Positions 52,553-64,000 of a stretch of DNA of 64,000 nucleotides are shown piece by piece. The notes under the pieces are model-generated. The model did not search any database, was not told the origin of the DNA, and worked only from the letters and a program-made list of their open reading frames with translations. Source of the DNA: Octopus sinensis. Lineage: Eukaryota. Every line of letters begins with the position of its first letter. The stretch's first letter is position 1. Location of the stretch: assembly GCF_006345805.1 (NCBI RefSeq), contig NC_042997.1, forward strand, positions 132,184,001 through 132,248,000, written 5' to 3'. A program made the translations under genes and the position numbers.

Positions 52553-53006
52553 ATATATGTATCACTGTTGTAGTCATCTTGTTTCATTTATATAACCACA
52601 AAGACATTAGATACTCTACAACAAAATTTTTTTTCTCGTACTATTACAGATAACAGATACTTCATGATTTAATAGATGCGTAGGAATTAATAGTTCCCTA
52701 TTCTATCTGGCGAAATGCTTTCAGTAGAAAATATCTGATAGAGAATAGACCTATGTGAAGCAAAGTGGAGTGAAAAGAGTTCGGCCCGACTTTTACGGGG
52801 AGAGATCAACAAACTGAGATTGGTGAGTTAGGTGTTTCCTTTCTGTTTTTCCATTACATCGAAAGAAACGCGTTGACACTCTTATAATTTCTTGTCAGAA
52901 TCAAGGCTTTTATAAGTTAAGTTTATTTCAGCTCCCCAAAGAAAGGCAAAGGCTGATAGAGTTTTGCATCATCGATGGCGCAACTCATTTCAACAACTGA
53001 ATGAAA

Positions 53007-53049
<43 letters not shown>

Positions 53050-53095
53050 ACACACACACACACACACACATGTACGTACGTATGTATGTATGTAT

Positions 53096-54142
53096 GTCAT
53101 TGTTCAGTTTTATTTCAAGATTTCTTGCCAATAGAGAAAGAACCGGTTTCTAACCCAGATCCAAAGCTCGTTCATTGGAATTTCAGCATCAGCAACTGGT
53201 TATGTATGTATGTATGTATGTATGTTTATAAGTATGTATGTATGTATATGTATGCATGTATGTATGTATGTATGTATGCATGTATGTATATATGCATGCA
53301 TGTATGTATGTATGTGTGCAGATTTATATGTTTTGTTTTATGTATGTATTCTTATGCATATATTTGCATATGTAGACATGCTCATATATATTTAAATGAT
53401 AAACTTCTGGAAAGTTTTACAGATTTTTACAGTTCCAGTGATGGATTGGATCTGTAGTCTCAAGATTGGTATTTAGGCAGTGGGTTACACATCCCAGAGC
53501 CCCAATAATTACAGTTATGAACCTGAACTTACAATCTGGATAGAGTAACTGCAGATTTCTCAATAGTTCAGCATAGGTGTTCTCTTTTTCACTGATCCTT
53601 AGCTCTATGTTAACATCCACTGGGCAGTTAATTTCCACAACTGTACACAATTTCTCTTCTCTATCTCAAATCATTATACCAGGTCTGTTGTAATTACATT
53701 TTATTGAGGTCATCACTAAGATATTCCACCAGTACATCTTTTTATTATGAGTGGCTATGGCTTCTACTATACTGTGGGTTCTTATTTTTTTATCATCATG
53801 TCTCATCGGTAGATAATACCGTGATGACATTGTCGGATTACTGTTTTTCCTGCATCTCTATCCCTTTTGAGCATCAGGTACTTGGTTGGCATATCCTGTT
53901 CTTTTATTGCATACCTTTCAAGATCGGAGGTAGTAGTCCGGGTATTGGTGCCTGATAAACTACTTTGATGATCGATGTTACAATCACCACGGAATTTTCT
54001 ATTAACATATTTATGCATAGTCTTCTGCTCATACAGGCTCATCCTTTCATCTGCGGCAGAGTCATGTAACTTTTTGGGCATGTGTTCTAGGTTCTCAGAT
54101 AAAGTGTTGCTCAAGGAGCTGCCTTCCGAGTCTTATGATGTT
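53096..54142 (-). mobile_element. R4/Dong-like non-LTR retrotransposon 3' fragment (restriction-like endonuclease domain), 5'-truncated
   Basis: AIKEQDMPTKYL..KRDRDAGK; YWWN...NRP(G)IMI*DREEKLCTVVEINCPVDVN...EKENTYAELL...IIGALG; both ends abut (CATA)n. Confidence 0.75.
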
Positions 54143-54884
54143 GTATGTATGTATGTATGTATGTATGTATGTATGTATGTATGTATGTATGTATGTATGT
54201 ATGTGTGTGTGTGTGTATGTACGTATGTATGTATGTATGTATGTATGTATGTATGTATGTATGTATGTATGTATGTATGTATGTATGTATGTATGCATGT
54301 GTGTGTGTGTGCGTGCGTTGCGGGTGTGTGTGTGTGCGTTGCGGGTGTGTATGTTATATATATATATATATATATATGCATCTATATGGGTACGTATATG
54401 TATGTATGAATGTATGTATGTATATGTCTATGTATGTATGTATATACATACTGATACACACTGATACACACACACACACACACACCGATACACCTCGCCT
54501 TTTCAAAGCATAAATATTTTGCTGTTTAATCCTTGGTTAATGACCAATAAATATAATTAAGATATGAAATTAATTATATAGCTTCCAAATTCACCGACCC
54601 TGAACTCACTGAGAACATTTGAAGTCTCGTTAAATGGTTAATAATTGGATAGCACGAACACTGAATAAATATCTACTTGTGAACATTTTAAATGTAAGTC
54701 ATTTAAATTCACTCAACCAACCAATGACTCCCTCTCAACGCACTCGTGAACAAACACACGCAGATTATATATTGTATGGTATGTGTGTGTGTGAGTATAC
54801 GTAAATATATATATATATATATATATATAATCTATATAATATATATATATATATATACATATATACATATAAATCTAAATGTAC

Positions 54885-54941
<57 letters not shown>

Positions 54942-55275
54942 TATATGTATGTATACACACACATATATGAATACATATATATTCAATCAAATACACATAC
55001 ACACACATTATATATATATATTATATATATATCTATATATAATACTATGAATATCCATGCATATATATATAATATATATATATATATATGTCCTATATAC
55101 ATATATATATATTATAAATATATATTTATGTTTGTATATATACACATATTCTTGTATATACATGTATCTAAATAAGCACATGCATATATTGTATATGCAT
55201 ATGCATAATATACACATTCATATATATATATATATATGGGTATATATATATATATATATACATACACACACACAC

Positions 55276-55310
<35 letters not shown>

Positions 55311-55338
55311 TACATATACATATGTATATATGTGTGTG

Positions 55339-55372
<34 letters not shown>

Positions 55373-55460
55373 AATATATATAATAATATATATATATATA
55401 TATATTATATGTATGTTTGTATATATATCCACCTCTCTTTCACTATATATATATATACAT
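54143..55460. repeat. Compound (TATG)n/(TG)n/(TA)n/(CA)n microsatellite region
   Basis: Direct reading. Confidence 0.85.
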
Positions 55461-56155
55461 ATATTCTTAAAACAGTAGCTCCCATCTAAGCGGAATTCTT
55501 GATACGCTTCGATAATACATCCTTCCACTGGTCATAAATAACGTGGTTGTAAATGAATCATTTTCGTTTATACATCAATATCAGTGTATCACAAAATATC
55601 AAAATATTTATAACATATATTTGAGCAATTTATAAACATTAGTGTATTTTCAAATATTTATCGAATATATCGTATTTGAGCTGCAGAGAAACATGAGTAT
55701 GACACAAAACAAAAGTATCTAATATATATTTCAGCCATAAATGTAAAGTAAAATATATTTCAGCCATATATAAATATCCGTGTATTGAGAAATATATATC
55801 TAATATATATTTGAGCAATAGATCAATATCTGTCTCACAAAATATATTTCTCAATCCGGCGTGCATAATATTTATGTTGTGCTTAGAAACATTGAATGGC
55901 ACGGGCTGTTATGTTTTTTCGCAGAGAAGTATCTCAAAGAGATTTGTGCTTAAAAAAAAAAAGAGAACACTGGGTTTCGCTCAGAAAGTTAACTGACCAC
56001 CAGACACAGTGCTTCGACACGATTTAGCATCGCCAGTAACGAATACGCTGAACATTCAGAGCTAAACCAAAAGTGCCTTGTTTCAAAAGAAATCGGTCAA
56101 CTAAAGATTTTGATCTGTGTGAAAGCTAACCTGCCTAGAATTAAATTAGTATATC

Positions 56156-56660
56156 TTGTGACCCCCTTCGGTCATGAATGACCATGGGATTGCGTCTAGA
56201 AAGTTACCCTCCGAAGCACAAGTCTGGGAAAAGTTGTTGTATGGAAGACCAGCAGTCGCCCATGCATACCACCCTCCCCTCTCCACGTCACCGATGTTAT
56301 CCAAGGGAAAGGCAAATGCCGATACAGCTTGGCACCAGTGACGTCGCAGCTCGTTTATTAACGTGCAAGTGGCTGAGCACCTCACAGACACGTGTACCCT
56401 TAACTTAGTTCTTGGGGAGATTCAGCGTGACACTGAGTGTGACAAGACTGGCTCTTTGAAATACAGGTACAACAGAAAGAGGAAGAGTGAGAGAAAGTTG
56501 TGGTGAAAGAGTACAGCAGGGTTCACCCCCCCCTGCCAGAGCCTCGTGGAGCTTTAGGTGTTTTTGCTCAATAAACACTCACAATTCCCTGTCTGGGAAT
56601 TGAAACTGCGATCCTACGACCGCGAGTCCGCTGCCCTGACCACTGGGTCATTGCGCCTCC
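56156..56660 (-). mobile_element. SINE family B, tail type 3 (long), with 13-bp TSD
   Basis: TSD AAATTAGTATATC at 56143-56155 and 56661-56673. Confidence 0.92.
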
Positions 56661-58074
56661 AAATTAGTATATCAATTGCGTATATTTCTAATATATATAT
56701 ATTTGAAACATATACATATCTGAGAATCACAAAATATATTTCCAATACATATTTAGTTATATATGCATATCTGTGTATTCAGGATTTTCCTTCCAAGGAG
56801 TTTTTAAACCTAATATATAACCTACGCTAGTATTTATAGCTTTATCTACTTCGAGTTACGTCGTTAAAAACGATTTATCTTATATCTTTCGAAGTTTCTA
56901 AATTCTTTTGATAAATAACAAACAATTCTCGCTGGTAAAAACAAAGCTTCAAAAACCGATGGAAAAATTCGAAGGATTGTTCTGATATAGTGGTAGAACG
57001 TCTGTCAAGTTTATAGAAGGTGTAAATTCGTGTCCCCCAGCAGTCTTCGACTATTTTCCTTTAAGGAGCTTAATATTCCGTACGATATTATTATAGCTTC
57101 ATCCACTTCAAGTTACGCCGTTAAAATCGATTTATTTCTAACAAGAATATTTGAGTTACAAACATACACGCGCGCGCATATCTTGGTATCAAAATTCATT
57201 TCTAATATATGTTTCAGCAACATATAAGTAGCTGTGTTATTTTAACACACACACACATACCCACACAAACACACACACAAACACACATTTAAAATACATA
57301 CCCGAGTCACATATACATATAGCGTATTATAGTTATTATAATTATACATTAGTGTTCTAATTTTTTCTCTCAAAATTTTCCAAGCCATTAACTTTAGTCA
57401 CGCTAAAGTCCACGTTTGACTGTTTGAGTTCGCTAAAATTTATTACAATGTCGAAATAAATTATCCTCAAGCGTATGGAATGCATGGAACATGATAAGTT
57501 CTACAAATCACAAGGAGGTACGGCAATTTGTTTTATTTTTCCCATTCTTTATACAACCTTATTAATATCGTTCATTCAAATTTTTCATGTGTTTTTAACG
57601 GAATCACAGCTTTCTGTTGCTTTCTATTTTCCTCTTCTAGAATTCCCGTGCCAAAAGCTTTGGTTTTTTTTTCTCTCTCTTTCGCCGATTCGTAATTCCT
57701 AAACTGCGAATTAATATCTCGATTTATCAGTAGTGACATTAATGCCTTTACACCCGTAGAAATTGCAGTAACAGTAATAATTGTTAAGCTTTTGCATAAC
57801 TCAAAATAACAATAAAACTGTCTGATATATATTAAATATTAATGTTATTTTGATAGTTAAATTTTTTATGTAATGTTTTTATATTTATAACGAAAACTTC
57901 CTGATTTAAAAAAAACAACAGCCATGCTTTTTAATTGTATTTTTATTTTCTGATTTCTTCCTTGCAAAATAAATATCTTAAACTATCCACACAAGTCATT
58001 TTTAAAACTTTATCATTTTTGTTTCCCACGTTTACGTTGTAACTAATGATACTCTCTCTCTTTCTCTCTCTCTG

Positions 58075-58437
58075 TTACTTGTTTCCTGTAGCCATGCTGG
58101 AGCAGCGCCTTTAGTCGAGCAAATCGACCCCAGGACTTATTCTTTGCAAGTACTAGGGTACTTATTCTATCGATCTCTTTTGCCGATACCGCTAAGTTAC
58201 AGGGACGTAAGCTCACAAGCATCGGTTGTCAAGCGATGTTGAGGAGACAAACACCCCCCATATATACATATATACGACGGGCTTCTTTCAGTTTCCGTAT
58301 GCCAAATCCACTCACAAGGCTTTGGTCGGCCCGAGGCTATCATAGAAGACACTAGCCCAAGGTGCCGCGCAGTGAGACTGAACCCGGAACGATGTGGTTG
58401 GTAAGTAAGCTACTTGCCACACCGCCACTCCTACGCC
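58075..58437 (-). mobile_element. SINE family A
   Basis: Ends CCACTCCTACGCC; reverse complement of the family A sequence. Confidence 0.9.
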
Positions 58438-58469
58438 TAAATCAACAAATTGCAAAAAGTTAAATAATT

Positions 58470-58909
58470 CTTTCTATTATAGGCATGAGTTCTGAAATTT
58501 TGAGGGGAGGGGGATAGTGAATTACATCGACCCCATTGCGAAACTGGTACTTCTTTTACCGTCCCGAAAGGATGAAAGGCAAAGTCGAGCTCGGCAGAAT
58601 TTGAACTCAGAACTTAAAGACAGATGAAATTCTGCAAAGCACTTTGTCCGGCGTGCCAATGATTTTGTCAGCACACCACCTTAACAATGAAAATAATGGC
58701 TTCAGATTTTGCTACAAGGCCAATAAGGTCGGGGAAGGGTTAAGTCAATTACATCGACCCCAGTGCACAACCGGTATTTATGATATCGAAACCGATAAAA
58801 TGAAAGGCAAATTCAAGCTCGGCAGAATTTGATCCCAGTAAGTAAACACGGATGAAATGCTGCTAAGCATTTTGTCCGGCGTGCTAACAATTTTGTCAGT
58901 TTTCTGCTT

Positions 58910-58910
<1 letters not shown>
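58470..58910 (-). mobile_element. SINE family C, two diverged tandem copies
   Basis: CCCGAAAGGATGAAAGGCAAAGTCGAGCTCGGCAGAATTTGAACTCAGAAC and a second, more diverged core. Confidence 0.8.
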
Positions 58911-58950
<40 letters not shown>

Positions 58951-58987
58951 ATAATAATAATAATAATAATAATTATTATTATTATTA

Positions 58988-59149
58988 GGCGTAGGAGTGG
59001 CTGTGTGGTAAGTAGCTTGCTTACCAACCACATGGTTCCGGGTTCAGTACCACTGCGTGGCACCTTGGGCAAGTGTCTTCTACTATAGCCTCGGACCGAC
59101 CAAAGCCTTGTGAGTGGATTTGATAGACGGAAACTGAAAGACGTCCGTC

Positions 59150-59150
<1 letters not shown>
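58988..59150 (+). mobile_element. SINE family A head half
   Basis: GGCGTAGGAGTGGCTGTGTGGTAAGTAGCTTGCTTACCAACC... followed by (TA)n. Confidence 0.9.
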
Positions 59151-59197
<47 letters not shown>

Positions 59198-59263
59198 TAT
59201 GATAAAAGGCAGATTTTCTCTGCCTGTGACTATGTTACTTTTTAATACAATTGTACAATATAG

Positions 59264-60000
59264 AATTTCTTCAATTGGAATTTACCTATGCTTTTTCGAA
59301 GTAGATTCGATTGGGTCATGGCATATAAATTTTTTTCAATTTGACCCCCAATTAAGCAAACATTCGAGAAAACTAAATATTTTACGATTTGCCTCTCTAA
59401 TTTCAACTGCTTCACTCCTTCTATTACCACACTTTCTCCTACTTTCTCTTTGCAAGTGTACCTTCAACCACTACTCAAAAAAAAAATACACAGGAAACAG
59501 AAACAAATAAATACATAACGATTTACTCCTCACACAATTTCTTCAATTGGAATTTACCTATGATTTTTCGAAGTACATTCCATTGGGTCATGGCATATAA
59601 ATTTCTTTCAATTTCACCCCCAATTAAGCAAAAATTCGAGAAAACTCAATATTTTACGATTTCCCTCTCTCATTTCAAATGCTTCACTCCTTCTATTACC
59701 ATACTTTCTCCTACTTTCTCTTTGCAAGTGTACCTTAAACCACTACTCATTTCAAATGCTTTACTCCTTCTATTACCACACTTTCTCCTACTTTCTCTTT
59801 GCAAGTGTACCTTAAACCTACCACACTTTCTGCTACTTTCTCTTTGCAAGTGTATACCACTATCATATCCTCTTTCTACCACTCTTATTCAACATCACAC
59901 ATTCTGCTACTTTCTCTTAATATTGCTTAACCTTCCCCCCCCCCAAAAAAAAGACAGACAGGAAACAGAACAAAATAAATACATAACGATTTACTCCTCA
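59264..60000 (+). repeat. 272-bp tandem duplication; second copy has internal ~60-bp re-duplications
   Basis: AATTTCTTCAATTGGAATTTACCTATG at 59264 and 59536; CTTTCTCTTTGCAAGTGTACC occurs four times; both units end AAATAAATACATAACGATTTACTCCTCACAC. Confidence 0.9.
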
Positions 60001-60494
60001 CACACACACATAGACACGCAAACATATACATATATGACAGTGACAAACACAAACGTTTCAAACAACTACATACAAACACTCAAACACACACACACACACA
60101 CGTGTGTGTTTGTTATTAGTAAAAAAGGCGTCAAACACAATTCACTTTCTCATTCGAACACATTTGCAAACACACACCAACAATTTACTGTCATATGGTA
60201 AATAGATGCTATTGTTCTATATTTTATAAATTAAAATTGGTTTTTAATTTACTTTCTGTCGCTAAGTTTTGGTAGTATTAATTTGCGAGCGTACTTCAGT
60301 TGTCAATTGCTGAAAGAAAGAAATTGTAAGCTAAGAAGGTATGTGTGTGTGTGTCTGTGTGTGTGTGTGAGTGTGTGTGTGTAGGAAGTGAAGGATAAAA
60401 ATATGGCAAGAAATGGACAGATGTACATATATACATACATACATGTGTATGTGTGTGTGTGTATATGTATATGTATTAATGTGTGTGTGTGTTA

Positions 60495-60800
60495 TCTCTC
60501 TCTATATAAAGCTGAAGTTGTCTGTGTGCGTCAGGTTTGGTAACCTTCAACTAACACTATCTCCTCCGAGACCCTGCGGCGCAAGTTGATCAAAATTGAG
60601 AGTATGATAGAAGAAGGGTTGCTCTTCCTTCTGTAGAAGATAAAATTCAAATCGGACCATGTTAACACCAAATATTATTTACATGAAAAAGGTGCTTTTT
60701 TTCCATGAAAATCCCTATTTTTTACGATTTTTTCACTGCTGAGTCGCCACTTTTCGGTGTATTTAAACCAGAAAAATGTTCACTTGAAGAGAATAACAAA
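60495..60800 (+). mobile_element. Non-autonomous Helitron-like 5' module (Lep1-type layout)
   Basis: A|TCTCTCTCTATATAAAGCTGAAGTTGTCTGTGTG...GATCAAAATTGAGAGTATGATAG...AAATTCAAATCGGACC; recalled architecture only. Confidence 0.45.
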
Positions 60801-60962
60801 CTACATCGACCCCAGTGTTTCACTTCTACTTATTTCATCGACCCCGAAAGGATGAATGGCAAAGTCGACCTCGGTGGAATTAGAACTCAGAACGTAGCGA
60901 TGGGCGAAATACTGCTAAACATTTTGCCCAGCGTGTTAACGATGCTGCCAGTTTGCTGCCTT
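60801..60962 (-). mobile_element. SINE family C
   Basis: CGACCCCGAAAGGATGAATGGCAAAGTCGACCTCGG...CTCAGAACGTAGCG. Confidence 0.85.
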
Positions 60963-60964
60963 CA

Positions 60965-61011
<47 letters not shown>

Positions 61012-61374
61012 GATAATTAATAACTGGATGGTATTTTAGCACCAGCAGAGTATAAATCAAGACAGGACAGAGTTGGCCAATATCTAACATTGGTTAATAT
61101 GTCGGCACTATGAAATCAGAACTGTTGCTAAGCGATATAAGGTACTGCGCAGTGGAACTGTACCGGAAACTACGTTGCTGCAGAGCAAACATCTGAACCA
61201 TCAGAATTAATTTACCTTGTATACTTAACCATGTTTTTAGAGCATAGAGTAGAATTTGAGGAAGGCTTGGCTTCAATTCCTTGCATGTCATGCGATCACA
61301 TTAAGGTTCCCTTGCTAGCCAATGTAATTTGTTGATGCGAAGTAAAAAAGAGCCATCTCGAAAGATCAACAGAA

Positions 61375-61540
61375 CAGAATACAATAGAATAATGTAGAAT
61401 ACAATGGAAAATAGAATGTAACAGAAAAGATTTGAATGGAACAGAATAACAGAGAGCAGAATAGTGGAATAGAATAGAACAGAATGGAATGGTATAGTGT
61501 GGAATGGAATAAAAGAGAATAGACTGGCACAGAATATAAT
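61375..61540. repeat. Degenerate (AGAAT/GGAAT)n pentanucleotide repeat
   Basis: Direct reading. Confidence 0.75.
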
Positions 61541-62271
61541 TCCTTTATTGTAATTTGCAATAGCGGATACATACATTGGAATTTGTTTTGTAAGAGAGCA
61601 GCATTGAAGGAATGAAATTGTAACGGACAATTAAATGATTAACAAATAAATGAATGAGTAAGTGAATAAGTGAATGAATGAATGAAAGAATGTTAATGTA
61701 TGATTATAAAATCGTAAACAAGTCTATGAATAGCAGACACAAACACACACGCAGACTTATACATACACACAGACACAAACATAGATATTCACATATGTAT
61801 ATACGCGCGTACACACTCACAAATACACACACACACACACAAATACACACATGCACGCACACACTCAGAAACAAACACACACATACCATTTATACATGTG
61901 TGTTATTTTGGACTCCCTAGTGTTAATATACATATGGAGTTTTCATTTTCTAGATTAATCAAGGAATGAAGAGTAGTGCTCACGGTGTTTGTAGATCTCA
62001 GACTGGTATGCAATTGTTGTAGTTGATATTCAGCCTGAATATATTCAGGTCAATGCCTGCATGATATACGGGAGAGAGGAGGGGATCAGAAATCTAGTTT
62101 AGATAATTGCTACAGCGCAAAATTTGCTATAGGTACCAGGAATCGTGGTTGCTCTCGTTTAGTTTCGAGTTGGCTTTGCCTAAGCAGGTCTATGAGTTAA
62201 ACCAATCCAGCTGTAACCATCCCATGTTTTAGTACAAATCCCAACACCACCACACGTATATTTTTATGTGT

Positions 62272-62752
62272 GTCATTATTCAGATTATTTCAAGATTTCT
62301 TGCCAATAGGGAAAGAACTGGTTTCTAAACTAGATCCATAGTTCCTTCATTGGAATTTCAACATCACCATCAGGGTAAGTATGTGCAGATTTGTATGTTT
62401 TTATGTATGTATTCTCATACATATTAGTTGCATATGTAGACATGCTCATATATATTTAAATGATAAACTTCTGGAAAGTTTTACAGATTTTTACAGATCC
62501 AGTGATGGATTGGATCTGTAGTCTTCGAATTAGCTTCCTCCTTTCTGGTTTTGAGAAGCCTAATTTTTCAAGATTGGTATTCAGGCAGTGTGTTACATAT
62601 CCCAAGGCCCTAATAATTATAGGCATAAACCTGAACTTGTAATATGGATAGAATAACCGCAGATTTCTCAATAGATCAACATAGGTGATCTCTTTTTCAC
62701 TGATCTTCACCTTTATGTTAACATCCACTGGGCAGTTAATTTCCACAACTGT
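62272..62752 (-). mobile_element. R4/Dong-like 3' fragment, second copy
   Basis: TVVEINCPVDVNIKVKISEKEITYVDLLRNLR...IIRALGYVTHCL...LQIQSITGSVKICKTFQKFII*; the 5' junction runs directly into (CATA)n. Confidence 0.8.
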
Positions 62753-63217
62753 GTATGTATGTATGTATGTATGTATGTATGTATGTATGTATGTATGATG
62801 TATGTATGTATGATTGTATGTATGTATGTATGTATGTATGTATGTATGTATGTATGTATGTATGTATGTATGCATGTATGTATGTATGTATGTATGTGTG
62901 TATCTATGTAACGTGTGTCAGTGTATCTGTCTAAGTAAGACATGCCTTAGAAATCATTAGAGAAGCCACACACGGAGGGTAATTGTTAAAGTATGCATTC
63001 ATTATGCGGCGTTTCTAATTACCGGGAGTGCGGAAACGAATGTGCGTCAGGAGGAGAATTAAAATATGACTTGACGGTTCGTCCAAACAATATTTTAACA
63101 CTTGGTGCAAGAGACGTCCATTGGTATCACATCCGTACAAAAGAGTGTAAATCTTTTGTAGAACTGAAATTCCACATCCGTGTTGCTCATGTTTAAAAGA
63201 ACAACCAATGGGGGGGG

Positions 63218-63294
63218 GGGAGCCTTGAATCTAGGTTGAAACTAGTTCTTTCTCTATTGGCAAGAAATCTTGAAATAAAACTGGACAATGACAT
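63218..63294 (+). mobile_element. Extreme 3' tip of the R4/Dong-like element
   Basis: CTATTGGCAAGAAATCTTGAAATAAAACTGGACAATGACAT matches the 3' ends at 53096 and 62272. Confidence 0.7.
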
Positions 63295-63489
63295 CGATCG
63301 ATAGATAGATAGATAGAAAAAATATCCTTCAGTTTATACGGTACTCGGTTAGTACGGTTTTACTTAAACGTGTCTTTGGTTGTTATTTTTTCCTTCACTT
63401 CAGATATACAGAAACTTTAATTCTTTTATATTTTGTTAGACATCTTTGCGAATGAATAATAAACATTTTGCGAATGAATAAAGCCATTG

Positions 63490-63725
63490 CCGAGGCTTAA
63501 CTGTTAACGGTGTTGTGATCGAATGTGACTTTTTAGCCCAGCTAAAGATCCACAATGTCTTGTACAGAATTGGCAGCTAAAACCTTTACTGGCAATAACC
63601 AGCTGTAGTTGTAACTGGGCTTCATCTACCTTTGCATGTCGTTTAAGTCCTCCCGACGAATCACAATCCCTTCCATATATCTGAGATATATGCTTAGTGG
63701 TAGCACCACTACCAGCGGCCTGGTC
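63490..63725 (-). mobile_element. RTE-like LINE 3' fragment
   Basis: Reverse complement aligns to ~51790-52020. Confidence 0.55.
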
Positions 63726-64000
63726 TCGCTTTATTGTTCATTCAAATACCGACACAACCATATTAGGCGGTGAGTTGCAGACAGAATACTTCAGAGTTCA
63801 AATCCTTTTCATTTAATAGTTATAATCGTAAGACTGCAATCATGCTGGAGTAATGCCTTACTTTCAGCTTTGTTGTCACTTTATTGCTGGAAGTTGGTCT
63901 ATAGTTGAGTTTGTAGCAGCTGAGCGCTTTGAATGACTGACTGGTCCGATATCGTCATTAGGAGTTCATCAAATGTCGTTTTTGCTTTTATTTTAAATGT

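Noticed and set aside
52745-52830. Candidate exon ending at donor-like TTG|GTGAGT (LCEAKWSEKSSARLLRGEINKLRL)
   Set aside because: No convincing polypyrimidine acceptor, no homology recognised and no partner exons; RNA-seq would be needed.
59560-60201. 213-aa ORF
   Set aside because: Built from internal tandem repeats and a (CA)n tail; no recognisable domain.

Overview
Eukaryotic, AT-rich, repeat-only window. No intact host gene, rRNA, true tRNA or CRISPR array could be supported. The SINE families and microsatellite load resemble octopus (cephalopod) DNA; this is inference from recalled repeat families, not a search result. Bases 1-19380 are a 162-bp satellite array with two alternating monomer types (A/B), local higher-order repeats, six orientation switches and a perfect 806-bp terminal duplication. 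It is followed by a ~0.5-kb module (19611-20126) holding satellite monomers between Helitron-like ends. Bases 20-64 kb are microsatellite-rich and carry three tRNA-headed SINE families, Tc1/mariner and hAT fossils, R4/Dong-like and RTE-like LINE 3' fragments, two Penelope-like GIY-YIG endonuclease fragments and several long fold-back palindromes embedded in (TA)n. The most notable signal is a set of hammerhead-ribozyme motifs next to the Penelope-like fragments and hairpins: one with a complete canonical core at 39459-39509, a minimal one at 38401-38438 and a split one at 27906-28083. All ORFs in the satellite and microsatellites are treated as artefacts.
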